In this document: positions 12,107-24,266 of the stretch, in pieces | How the letters are laid out: the number at the start of each line of letters is the position of its first letter | How positions within the stretch are numbered: the stretch's first letter is position 1 | NCBI RefSeq assembly: GCF_018350175.1 | Contig: NC_058370.1 | Location: forward strand, 136,276,001-136,340,000 | Source: Felis catus | Taxonomy: Eukaryota | Length of the DNA stretch: 64,000 nucleotides | Direction of reading: 5' to 3' | The notes under the pieces: model-generated | Database searches by the model: none | What the model was told of the DNA's origin: nothing | Seen by the model: the letters and a program-made list of their open reading frames with translations, nothing else | Position numbers and translations under genes: made by a program

Positions 12107-12680
12107 CAGGGCTTTTCAAACTGGGGCCCTATGTGAATCAACTGGGAGACTTTCAAAAAAACACAGAAGCCTGATTCCCTCTCTAACCAATTGCATCAGA
12201 ATATGTGCAGGTGGGGGTGGGGAATTCTCAGTTTGAAAAACTCCCCAGAGGGGCGCCTGGGAGGGTGGGTCATTAAGCATGACTCTTGATTTCAGCTCAG
12301 GTCTTGATCTCACCTTTCATGAGTTCAAGCCCTGTGTCTGGCTCTGTGCTGACAGTGCAGAGCCTGCTTGGGATTCTCTCTCCCTCTCCTTCTGTCCCCC
12401 TCAGGCTCACTCTTGCTCTCTCTCAACATAAATGAGTAAACATTAAAAAAAAATAAAAATAAAAATAAAAATAAAAATAAAAATAAAAATAAAAATAAAA
12501 ATCTCCCCAGGTCGTCAACACATGGTCCAAGTATGAGAGGCCTCGGGCAGCAACAATGACATCTCCCCGAAGCTTCTTAGAAATGCACAAGGTCAGGAGT
12601 CACGCTAGACCTATGAGCCTAGAATCTGCATTTGTATAGTATTCTCAGGTAATGATAATAACCACCAATGTCTGAGGCTA
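12107..12680. mobile_element. MER5-like hAT-Charlie fragments (two pieces), the first split by a SINE
   Basis: cagggcttttcaaact...aattgcatcagaat...ctccccag; cttagaaatgcac...agaatctgcatt...ctcaggtaat. Confidence 0.65.
12250..12500 (+). mobile_element. CanSINE (older) with (AAAAAT)n tail
   Basis: ggggcgcctggg head; TSD aaaa(a/t)ctccccag. Confidence 0.93.
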
Positions 12681-13671
12681 AGGGATCAGTTCTCACAAAA
12701 TGACACACACAAAGGAGGTTGGCACCTGAAGAAGAAATCTGGAGCCCCTACCACTATATTAACAACAGTTCCCCATCAAGCGTTTGTTGAATGAATACAG
12801 GAAAGTTAAAGAATGTGAAAGGATGTCAATAAAATAATGTCTTCTCTCCCCCTAATCGATGGCTCTTTCCCCCAGGCCAAGGAAAATGCACAACCAGAAT
12901 AATGCATTCACAAGAGACGTGCGGAGGTGACTTACCTTCGTACCTCAGCGCCAATGGCCGATGGAGATTCAGGGTCATCAGAGGTTCACAGATGGGAAGC
13001 CAGAGTGTAACAAGGAGCAGGGTGTCCTATAGAAGAACAGGCCTCACGGAAGTCCCAGAGGGAGAAGAGGAAGGTGGTGACGTTGGACAGAGCTGACCAG
13101 CATGTCCGGGGGTGGCTCATCCAGCCCACGTAACGCAGTCTGCATCTTTGCAACGGCGAAGTTGCTGGAGGTGTCCTGACTCAGGTGGGGGGGGGGGGGG
13201 TAGCACGATGGCCGATCAGAGAATTTTGAAGAAATAAATATACTTTTGAACATTGCGCTTAGGGTGAGTATTTTTCATTTTAACCATGTTTTCCAAATGT
13301 CAAGTAAATAACATGCTTTCGATAACCACAGGCCATTTTACGCATCAACCATGTGCTTTGCGACGGGCAAAGTAGCCAGGGTCTCAGTTCCTGACTCGGG
13401 GCGGGGTGGGGGGCGGTTTGGAGACCTCATGCTAACTTCCATCTGTCTCCGCGTCCATCCCAGGGAGGACCCCTTGCATACACGGAAGGTTTTAACTTTC
13501 GGATTACAGAGCAGCTCAACTTGAACCTACAAGTGAGTTCTCTGCGCACACTTAGAGTTTCATGTAAAATTTAAAAACCAAACCAAATCAAAAACAAAAC
13601 TTCCGGTGTTTGAAATCAATGATTTTGCTGGCAGAGCACCCCCAGCATGTGAGTTAAAAGACACCAACCCT

Positions 13672-13955
13672 GGGGCGCCTGGGTGGCGCAGTCGGTTAAG
13701 CGTCCGACTTCAGCCAGGTCACCATCTCGCGGTCCGGGAGTTCGAGCCCCGCGTCGGGCTCTGTGCTGATGATGGCTCAGAGCCTGGAGCCTGTTTCCCA
13801 TTCTGTGTCTCCCTCTCTCTCTGCCCCTCCCCCGTTCATGCTCTGTCTCTCTCTGTCCCAAAAATAAATAAACGTTGAAAAAAAAATTAAAAAAAAAAAA
13901 ACAAAAAACAGTTGTACTGCTCCAGTACAATTTAAAAAAAAAAAAAAAAAAAAAA
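13672..13955 (+). mobile_element. young felid CanSINE with extra 3' sequence and second poly-A
   Basis: near-consensus CpG-rich body; TSD AAAAGACACCAACCCT at 13656-13671 and 13952-13967. Confidence 0.97.
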
Positions 13956-15289
13956 GACACCAACCCTGGCCACGGGAAAACATTTCCGAATTGCAATTTA
14001 ATAGTAAGCAATGCATGTGTATTATAGAGAATTACACCATCCCTTAAAGCTTGGGACACGGCTTTTGGTGGTCTATGATATGACAGAAGAGATAAAACGT
14101 CATTGCCAAAAGCACAGACATGATCCCTGTTCTCTGACATTCTCGGCAGGAGGAATGAAGTCACAGAGGGACACGTTTCCATAGCTGTGCCGTCCTGAAA
14201 ATCTACAGAAACGGGGGGTTCCTCTGATTCAGCGCGTGCCAAGCCAGACTCCCATGGCATCCATCCTTCTAGAAATGGGGATTGGGAAGGTACGCATGCT
14301 GGGTTAGAGTTAGGGGCTTTCTTTCCACCGCACTGGAACTGTCTTGTAAATCCTCTTTCAAACATACATACATAATTCATACACACATAAAGTGTGTACA
14401 CACACATCTACTTTCCTCATTTTTAGAAACCTATACGCACACACACAAGTAAATCATGCATCCCAACAATAAGACGCGCGTCATGTGCTTTATTTATGGG
14501 TGGAAATTTCAAAGTGAATAGTAAATTTTTTTGCCTTATAGCCTGTTTGACAGTATAACTGATTGGATTCATCTCAAATATGCAGCATGATCTTTATGGT
14601 TCTGGTATTTGGAGGAGGCATTAGACTGATTCCATTGCCTTGTGGATTCGCTCGATGTGGCTCCCTTCCGTGGAACATAATTTGCCCTTGCATACGTAAG
14701 CTAACCTACATTTTATGATCTCATCTGATCACGATTCTTGCAGTGTTTACTTGTGAAGCACTTTAAATCACTTCCACTGTTTTTACCCTAAATACCTGAA
14801 ATGTTTTCTTGTTGCAGTGTGATCGTTCACTCATCTTTTCAACAAATAGTTGTCAAACACTCACCACAAGTGCGACAAAGCGCTTTCTACCGTTTATACT
14901 AATCAAACGTGCAGCACATCGGCTCTGTCTTCAAGTGATTACACGGTCTTGGGAAGAAGTTGTCCGTATAAACACAGCACTGGGAGGCCAGGGAAAGGGG
15001 GAAGTAGGAGTGGAAGGTCCTGTGGGCACCGAGGAGAGGAGATCTCCCACTAATAGATGAAACCATAAAAGGCTTCCCAGGAGAAGAGCATTGGGTCCAC
15101 TGTTGGTAATACTGGGGCATGCAGAGAGGGGAGAAGAGTTCAGGTAGATGATGCAGGACAATGTCAGGAGGCAGTGATGGGTCTTGTCTCTTTGTTAGGC
15201 ACTTTTCACTAGGGCATACCTCATTTCCTCAATCAGACCCCTGACCTCTGGGAGGCCCTGCGCCTCAGTGATGAAACGCAAATGTTAGA

Positions 15290-15460
15290 TCCAAATGGCT
15301 TTGGTTTACTTCCTGGCCCTCCCCCTTTTTGGATGGGTGTCCTTGAGCAGTCTCTGGGCCTCAGTCTCTCTTTCCGTGGACGGAAAATGCTAAAAATTCC
15401 ATCTACCTCAGGTGGTCGTTGTGAGCATAAGGCGTTCGTATTCATAAAGCGGTTGGGGCA
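15290..15460 (+). mobile_element. MIR relic
   Basis: tcctggccct...gtgtccttgagcag...ggcctcagtctc...tacctcaggtggtcgttgtgag. Confidence 0.7.
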
Positions 15461-16619
15461 CCTGACCCCTAAACAGCCAAAGAAGTATCCATTATCTTTG
15501 CCAAAGCCTAGCAGATTTTCCAACATTGCGGTTACCAGAGAATCTACTCTTTTGTCCTTTACCCTGAAGATAATTTCTAACATCTACCCAAGCGACAGAT
15601 ACTGTTTCCGAACCTTGAGATCCAGAAATGACCTCATGGTCCCCAGCCTCAAAGTCTGATGAAAGACACTGCTCCACATTCAATCCACATTCAGTGTGGA
15701 AAACAAACACATTGTAAGGATATAGTGCTACACAGGAATGAATAGGGGAAAATGGATAAAAGGAGAGAAGTTTGATGGGGAGGGTGGTCATAGACGCTGG
15801 CTTTGAAGGATACGTAGACGTTTCCCAGGCAGACAAGTTGCAGAGAGACTGATTCCAGACCTAAGGAAAAGAATCCTGGAAGGACAGAGGCATTCGCCCA
15901 TCTGTTGCAGTCAGCCCAGGTTGACTAGAAGACCGGAGAGAACACAGTTGGCTTGAGGCTGGAGACGGGGGCTGGGGAGGATAAAGAAGAACTGGCTTGT
16001 GATGGATTGTGGACAAGACAGAGAGGCAGAGCAAGGAAAGATCTGTGAACCATTTAGAACTCTTCTGCTGAATCTCCTAGTAAAGCCAGGGTACAAAACT
16101 CGGTGGCCAACATCAAGTCACGTCTCTGAGCCAAAATCATTCAGACAATTGAGATTAGCTTCTGTTTAGCATACACCAGCTCAGACCATGCCTTCTAACT
16201 CCCGTCCTTCAAGTCATAGAAGACGCAATGGAAAGATGCTTACAATTCAGGCAAAGAATAGATATTTTAAATGAATAATCATGGCATCCATACCAAAACG
16301 TGTGATAATTTAGCAATTCAGAAGAGCGTCACAAGTATGCGTGATTTGTTAATATACTTTTTCCAAAAGAAATTCAATTCCACACTATGTGATCTCTCTT
16401 TATAAATATAAACTGAAATAACGCAAAATTTTCAGAAGGGCACATTCTGTCATACAAACATTCCTGTGTGCTCTGATCTCTGAAGACATTGAATTTCCCC
16501 CATACTTTGCTTGCTATTTAAAGCCTTCAACTTAAAAAATAAATAAATAAAATAAAATAAAACAAAACAAATAAATAAAACCTTCAACCTGGTGGGTAAT
16601 ACCCACTCACACGTAGGCT

Positions 16620-16765
16620 GTGTGCCATCCCCCCATAGCAGCCCTTGAGAAAGGTACTAAATATCAGCTTTTTGCTGCGGAAAACCGAGGTTCTCAAAGA
16701 ACAAGCAGCTGATAATCAAACGATCCATAATTCAAACGGCAGCACTCTGCCTGCATTTGCTCACT
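16620..16765 (-). mobile_element. MIR relic
   Basis: cagcccttgagaaaggtac...gcggaaaaccgagg. Confidence 0.5.
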
Positions 16766-16814
16766 GGTTTCCATGCGTCCTCGTCTGGATCGTGACTGAA
16801 TATCTCACCTCCTA

Positions 16815-17269
16815 GACTGGCTCGCCCGCCCTGCTGTAACCAAACATCACAAACCGAATGTCTTAGAACATGTGAAATTTGTTGTGTCACAGTCTGGGGC
16901 TCAAAGTCCGAGGGCAGGTTGTCAGCAGCGTTGATTCCTTCTGAGGGCTGGGAGGGACAATCTGTCCCAGGCCCCCTCTCCCAGCCTCTGGAGATCCACT
17001 GGCAAAATCTTCGGTGCTCCTTGGCTTTTAAAACCATCAGCCCAATCCTTGTCTCCATGGACACATGGTGTCATCCCTATGAGTCCCTGTGTCCAAATTT
17101 TCCCTTTTCATGAGGACACTGTCATATTGGATCAGGGTCCATCCCAATGCCATCATTTTAACTAATTCCATCTGCAGTCATCTCATTTCCAAATAAGGTT
17201 ACATGCTGAGATACAGGGGTTAGGACTTTCACAGAAGAATTTCAGGAAGGACACAAGTCAATCCATAAC
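16815..17269 (-). mobile_element. MLT1 (MaLR) solo LTR, MLT1B/C-like
   Basis: ctgctgtaaccaaacatcacaaac...gttgattccttctgagggctg...tttccaaataaggttacat...atccataac. Confidence 0.88.
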
Positions 17270-18224
17270 GCTCCCGAAATTCAACTAAAAGGCCATAGAA
17301 GTGAAGAATCGTGTTTCATGTGTTCCTATAATGTTGGGTCTTGGAAAAGACCAGGGTCTTACAGCTCAGCTGTAGCAAAACCGTTTTACCTTCAAGGCTG
17401 GCATTTTGGGGTTGAACACGAACGGTCCCTGGAGCGGGCGGGAGGTGTGGCTGAGTTTACAGGTGCACACTGACCTCAATTCTAGCAGATGTAACAAAAT
17501 CCACCTTCAGAACGAGAAACCTCATGCAGATATGAGACAATTCCAATACTCGTTCAGAATCTTGGTTGTCCCACGAGAGGATAAACCAGACACCATCAGG
17601 CAACTGAGAGAAGAAGCAGGTGATGAGACCTGAGCTACAGTGAGAGAGAGAAGCTGTGGGCATCAAGAAAGGCTGCCAGGAGGAGGAGGTCCCTGTAGCC
17701 CATGGCAGAAACCACAGGCTTAAAGAGTCTGAGGAAGACAGGACGGTTAGCAGGATCTGGGCCAAAGAGCCTTCTTCCAGACATGGCTCTCGGCCCAAAA
17801 TAGACTCAGCAAGGGACCAGATATTGGGTTTATAGCGCTGGCAAAGGTTAAACCCCTTATCACTAGGGGAGATTGGACCCCACCTCCCAAGGGGACGATG
17901 TCACAATAGCTGGGACGGGGAGTTGGCCAAGTCTGTTGGAGGTTCACAGTTTCACACCCTCAGGGCACAGGGAGTGGATGGATCCAGAGACACAGCAGAG
18001 ACACGCCGCAAATACTCACATGGACACATGAGCCGAGAGGAGGAAGGGGGTTGCAAGGGAGAAGGAAATGAGCAGCAAGTAAGATAAGAGTTCCTGGAAA
18101 ACCTCTGGCTGAAATACTGGGGAAAGAAGGCTTCAAGTCAACTGGAAATTGGGTGAAGTTCAAAACTGAAATCTGAGTGTGTTGAAGACACAAGTTAAAA
18201 CATAGACAGGAGGCTAACTAGGAG

Positions 18225-18460
18225 AATGAGTTTTAGAAAGACACAGGTTGGGATTGAATCCTGCCTCTGTCATGTCTAGTTAGTGATTTCCGGCAAACCC
18301 TCCCCCTGTGTGTGTGTTCGTCCCCTCAGGAGGGAAGTTGAGAGAGTGATGCCTTCTTCACGGTAACGTGTAAGGGTTAAGTGAGGTGACGAATGCCAAA
18401 TGCGTATTCATAAAAAGATTGTAATGCTGGGTGCAGAGTACAGACTCAGAAACACTGGTT
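18225..18460 (+). mobile_element. MIR relic
   Basis: gggattgaatcctgcctctgtca...gtaagggttaagtgagg...tgggtgcagagtacagactcagaaac. Confidence 0.7.
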
Positions 18461-19688
18461 TCGTCCTTCTTCCTTCTCACACTTCCAATTGGAGCTTAAA
18501 ATATAGTCTTCTGGCCTCATTTATGGACAAGTTGATGAAATGTAAGCTGATTAGTGGAAAACGGAACAATGGCATTCATATTAGATCTCAGTATATTGGA
18601 GCATCTACTAAAATCACAATAAGTGAAAAGATTAAGATTCTCAAGAGCTGCTCTTGGAAGGGGGAGGGTGATTACTTACTTCTTCCTTGGGAGTAAGCTG
18701 GACATATGTGGACATCAGACCAGCAGACGGACAAATGGGATGAGTCTAGACACCCGAGCCCGGAAGGTTGGGGTCCCTTTAGTGTGGCTTCTCACCTGAG
18801 TCAAGTCTGAGGAAACAAGGAGTTAAGCGACCTGAGGAGATCACAACTCTGTCATGGGGGAAGGGTGGACATGAAACGCTGGGGGTAAGAAATTTACTTA
18901 CACATCTTCAAGTGGATTAACAAGAATTTTCCCTAATCTGCTCTTTCTTGAGGTGTGTACATATTTCATAAGGAAATCAACATCTGTCTAGCTGGAAATT
19001 TTCCAATAAAGAAGAATCACCCAATAATCTGAGGTTTCCAAAGGTCCATGAACGTTCTCTGTGTTTTTCCTTCTGTTGGACAGTCCATTAGGAATCCATC
19101 CCTCCTGAATGTTCTTCACTTCTGGGCAGTGGTGTTGCTGTCCAACTAACCGAGCACATGAGCTCAGCACCCCTGGTCCGCTCCCAGGAGATGCTCGCTG
19201 GGATTTGTAGCATTTGAAGGAGATCTGCATACTCAGTGAAAATTAATCTTTTCAAAAATAGTTCAGTGCACAAGCACTGTTCAAGCAAACATCAGAAATG
19301 TTAACCTTGTCTGATAAAGGGCACATGCAATCTCTTAGAGGAACATTTTATTGGGTTGAAACTCTTATTGGGAAGGGAAATTCTAAAAGGAAAACCTCAG
19401 AATTGCCTTTTGTTTCTCCGATGCATTTGCTGCCCCTGGAAGATGGAAGGGAATACCTGTGAACTGCTCCTGTGGAAATAAAACGATTTCTTCCCCCCCC
19501 CCCCCCAAGCCCTTATGCGTGTATATCAGGAAAAATATGCATAAGCTGAAAACATTTATTTTCAACTGTTTAAACAAGAGAAAGGAAAACTTTACATAAA
19601 AGTACCAAGAGTAAGAAATTTTGACTTCTCAAGACAAGAGGTCTCTGCCCTAATCACACAAATACACCTTTAAAAGCAGCCACAGACA

Positions 19689-19907
19689 GGGGCACCTGGG
19701 TGGCTCAGTCAGTTGAGCATCCGAGTTTGGCTCAGGTCATGATCTCCCGGTCCTCGGGTTCGAGCCCCTTGTTGGGTTCTGTCCTGACAGCTTAGAGCCT
19801 GGAGCCTGCTTCCGATTGTGTATCTCCCTCTCTCTCTGCCCCATCCCTGCTTGTGCTCGGTCTCTCTCTGTCTTTCAAAAATGAATAAACATTAAAAACA
19901 TTTTTTT
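19689..19907 (+). mobile_element. CanSINE
   Basis: TSD AAAGCAGCCACAGACA at 19673-19688 and 19908-19923. Confidence 0.96.
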
Positions 19908-20007
19908 AAAGCAGCCACAGACAATCATTAAATGGCCATGGCAAAATTGGCAAGATGTTTTTCTAGATAAGGGTCTCCAGACATTTTTTTCCCCACATCC
20001 CCTTCTA

Positions 20008-20246
20008 CTTATTTATTCATTCATTCATTCATTCATTCATTCATTCATTTTGAGAGAGAGAGAGAGAGAGAGGGAGGGAGTTGGGGAGGGGCAGACAGAG
20101 AGGGAGAGAGAGAGAATCCCATGCAGGCTCAGCACTGTCATCATAGATCCCCATGCGGGGATCGATCTCACGAACCACTGTGAGATCATGACCTGAGCCA
20201 AAATCAAGAGTTGGGCACTTAATCGCCTGAGCCACCCAGGTGCCGC
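20008..20246 (-). mobile_element. CanSINE (older) with (TTCA)n tail
   Basis: head gccacccaggtgcc; ccccacatccc duplicated on both flanks. Confidence 0.94.
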
Positions 20247-21472
20247 TCCCCACATCCCTTTCTATGAAATATTTTTGGGCATTGATAAATAATACATGTA
20301 TTTTCAGTAATAATTTACTGATAGCTTCACATATAGTAAATATATAGTAAATAGGATTTAAGAAGGTAAGGTACAGATCAAATAATAAATCTAACATAAT
20401 CGCTGAATGCTATGTACTTTCTTGTGCGAAATATGATGAAATATGGCCTGTTAAATTTGAAAGCTTGGTTCAACACCGTGTTACGACGCTTGGATTGCAT
20501 CAATCTAAGATCAGCTTGTTTCGCTGTTTCTTTTTTTAGTGACTAGCAGCGTTGAAAAAGACTGTTAGCCAGTGCTATGCCCGAAGAGTCCCTGTCTGTT
20601 TTCTAAATTATAATACTCAGTATTAAACCCCATCTGCCAGTTAAGTAGAAATTTGTGTGACAACTTGCCCCACAAGTTTTCATCTTTTACAATGTCAATT
20701 AGTTCTTCTCCTAATTGGAAGGTATTGCAATTTTTTATATTATTAACAGATGGATTATAATCCCACTGAAACTCTTTATTTGAATTTTTATAAAAAAATA
20801 GAAACTATGTTTCTAAGATTTTTAAAAATGCATGAATGAAATTTTTTTTTTCTTGTTTAAACAGGTGAATGACTTATGCTATTTTGGGCAATGAAATCAC
20901 ATAATGATGGAAATATTTCTCCACACCTGTTTTTATAATGTTCTTACCGACTAACCAGGATTCCGTTAAAGAAAAATTGTTACTCCCGCACTCATCATGC
21001 TGTCATGTTAACTTGAAGGAAGGAAGCGTGTTTCCTTCCTGGACAGTATCTACCGGGCAGCAGGTATCTGGGAATCACGGGTTCCCTCTGTGATGTGACC
21101 CACGAAAGACTCATGATAGGAGTAAAGGTTTTAGCTCTGCCATTGTCTTGAAGTCCATGGGTGTACATCACCGGGGCAATCCCAAATCTACTCTTTTCTC
21201 TGCGGGACTCTTCCAAAATAATTGTCCCATTGGGAAGGATGTACAGATGAAATTGGACAATACGGTCTGTCAACCCATAAACAAATAAGGAAACTTCAAG
21301 AAATCTGCACTTGCTAGGTCGAGGAAATGAGTGAATGTCTGGCTTGAATCCCTTGTATGTAAATGGTGTCCCTCTTAACTCCTTCCAGGAGCATATGAGG
21401 TAACTCTCAGTTGTACATGACATGTGGTCCTGCGACTTGTGGAAGGACGGGATAGGAAACAGATATATAGTG

Positions 21473-22081
21473 NNNNNNNNNNNNNNNNNNNNNNNNNNNN
21501 NNNNNNNNNNNNNNNNNNNNNNNNNNNNNNNNNNNNNNNNNNNNNNNNNNNNNNNNNNNNNNNNNNNNNNNNNNNNNNNNNNNNNNNNNNNNNNNNNNNN
21601 NNNNNNNNNNNNNNNNNNNNNNNNNNNNNNNNNNNNNNNNNNNNNNNNNNNNNNNNNNNNNNNNNNNNNNNNNNNNNNNNNNNNNNNNNNNNNNNNNNNN
21701 NNNNNNNNNNNNNNNNNNNNNNNNNNNNNNNNNNNNNNNNNNNNNNNNNNNNNNNNNNNNNNNNNNNNNNNNNNNNNNNNNNNNNNNNNNNNNNNNNNNN
21801 NNNNNNNNNNNNNNNNNNNNNNNNNNNNNNNNNNNNNNNNNNNNNNNNNNNNNNNNNNNNNNNNNNNNNNNNNNNNNNNNNNNNNNNNNNNNNNNNNNNN
21901 NNNNNNNNNNNNNNNNNNNNNNNNNNNNNNNNNNNNNNNNNNNNNNNNNNNNNNNNNNNNNNNNNNNNNNNNNNNNNNNNNNNNNNNNNNNNNNNNNNNN
22001 NNNNNNNNNNNNNNNNNNNNNNNNNNNNNNNNNNNNNNNNNNNNNNNNNNNNNNNNNNNNNNNNNNNNNNNNNNNNNNNNN
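21473..22081. other. assembly gap (N)
   Basis: run of N. Confidence 1.
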
Positions 22082-22242
22082 TTCCTCTGGAACCCCAGCA
22101 TACCACCTTGAAGATCCTCTGAAAGGAGTGTCCCACATCGGACATCACTGCTCTTCTGACGATCAGGTTTCCCAAGTACCTACAGTGCTTCTTCAGAAAA
22201 GGGCATGAGAGTCAAAGGAGCCCGTCAGAACTTCTCAGCCTT

Positions 22243-22487
22243 GGGGCATCCAGGTGGCTCAGTCGGTTGGGCGTCTGACTTCGGCTCAGGTCATGATCTC
22301 ACGGTTCATGGGTTCGAGCCCCTCATCGGGCTCTGCGCTGACAGCTCAGAGCCCGGAGCCTGCTTCAGATTCTGTCTCCCTCTCTCTCTGCCCCTCCCCT
22401 GCTCCTCTCTCTCTTTCTCTTTCTCTTTCTCTTTCTCTTTCTTCTCTTTCTCTTTCTCTTTCTCTCAAAAATAAACATTAAAAAAAA
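22243..22487 (+). mobile_element. CanSINE with expanded (CTTTCT)n
   Basis: TSD AGAACTTCTCAGCCTT at 22227-22242 and 22488-22503. Confidence 0.96.
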
Positions 22488-23840
22488 AGAACTTCTCAGC
22501 CTTGAACAGCAAATGACTATTTTCTATGGATTCTTTCCATCAGGATGCCTGGAATCACATGCTTCTTGTCTGTCCACTTTCTGATGCATTTCTTCAGTTT
22601 ACCTCATCCATACCCTGCCAAGCAATTTGACTTTCTTGTAAGTCGCCAAGGCCTGGTTTCTCTTGCTGACAACCACAGACTCTTCGAGAGGATGGAAGGA
22701 ACCAAGCCTCACAGTCCAGCCCGTGCCTGCTTCCACAGCCCTCCGTCTGGTCACATCCTCACGTGCTCTGTTTTCAGCAGCGCCGACAAACACAGGACCC
22801 AAGGGAGTTTTCACACCTGCTGATGCTTTGCAAAGGCCCACTGCTTTCCTGGACACCTTCTAGGAGCCCCAGCCCACCGAACTCCTACACATTCTCAACG
22901 CTCAGCCCAAATATCATTACCTCCTGAGAAGATTTACCCATCTACACCATCACACCAGGCTGATTTTCAATAACCCAGGGTGATTTCAGTAATTCTCATA
23001 CCACGTATGAACTGGATTTTTCGGCGGCCCACCCTTCACTGGACAGTGGATTTGTGGAGGAAGGGACCCCACGGGAGGCACACGTCTGGAAAGAAGAAAG
23101 GGACCTTAGCAGGTGGGATAACATGCTAAGAAGCCCTTCCCACAAAGTATCCCTTTCTGTCCACTTTTCATGGTAAAACAGCTGATTCCGGTTAAATTAC
23201 TTTGGCTCCAATCTCGCTTCAACAGTGGAGATATGAAGCCAGTTCCCTCCCTAAGGAGAAGACACTTGTGGATATTAGCAAGATCCAGACCTAGATGCAG
23301 AACTTTCTGGAGGCCATGCCTTTCCACTTCCTCCTTATGAGCTCCCCTTGGCCACAGGTCAGGGTGGCTGTGCGGTGATCTCTGCTTTTGTTTTTGAGGT
23401 CTGCTTTTGCAAGTTTATAAATTAAACACCGTGTGCATTCCGTCCTCTTACTCCCTTTCCTGGTTCCTCGATGAACATACAACACCTGATTGTTCCAACG
23501 ATGAGAACGCCACACAGCGAGACCCGTATTTCCCAGCTGTACCTGAGCATTCGCAAGAGTTTGGCAAGTAAAGCACTCTTGCCTGACGTAGGGACATAGG
23601 CGCTTTACCTGAGGGGTAACCAAGGCCAGGCTTCCGTGACTTTTTTATGTACTTAGTAATTTTGCAGAAAAAAAGGAATTGCATTTAAAAAAATTGTAAT
23701 ATGTATTCCACTGTGTGGACAGATTCTGTCTTAATAGGAATCAATGATCCACAGGTAGAGTCAACAACAATGCCCCTGAAAACTGTTGCTTCTTGAACAG
23801 GGGCTGACAAATTTCTTTCTTACCTTTAAATGTTTTATTT

Positions 23841-24057
23841 GGGGGGCGCCTGGGTGGCTCAGTCGGTTGAGCGTCCGACTTCAGCTCAGGTCACGATCTC
23901 GCGGTCCGTGAGTTCGAGCCCCGCGTCGGGCTCTGGGCTGATGGCTCAGAGCCTGGAGCCTGCTTCCATTCTGTGTCTCCCCCTCTCTCTGCCCCTCCCC
24001 CGTTCATGCTCTGTCTCTCTCCGTCTCAAAAATAAATAAAACGTTAAAAAAAATTTT
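23841..24057 (+). mobile_element. CanSINE inserted in the tail of an older antisense SINE
   Basis: TSD aaatgtttt(a/g)ttt. Confidence 0.95.
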
Positions 24058-24266
24058 TAAATGTTTTGTTTCTTTTGAGACAGGGCGTGTGTGTAAATAC
24101 AAGCAGGGGAGGGGCAGAGAGAGAGAGGGCGAGAGGAATCCCAAGCAGGTTCTGCACTGTCAGCACAGAGCCTGACGTGACGCTTGACCTCATGGACCGT
24201 GAGATCATGATCTGAGCTGAAATCGAAAGTTGGGTGCTTAACCGACTGAGCTGCTCAGGTACTCCT
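24058..24266 (-). mobile_element. CanSINE (older; remainder of tail at about 23817-23840)
   Basis: outer TSD gc(t/a)gacaaatttct at about 23803 and 24269. Confidence 0.92.
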
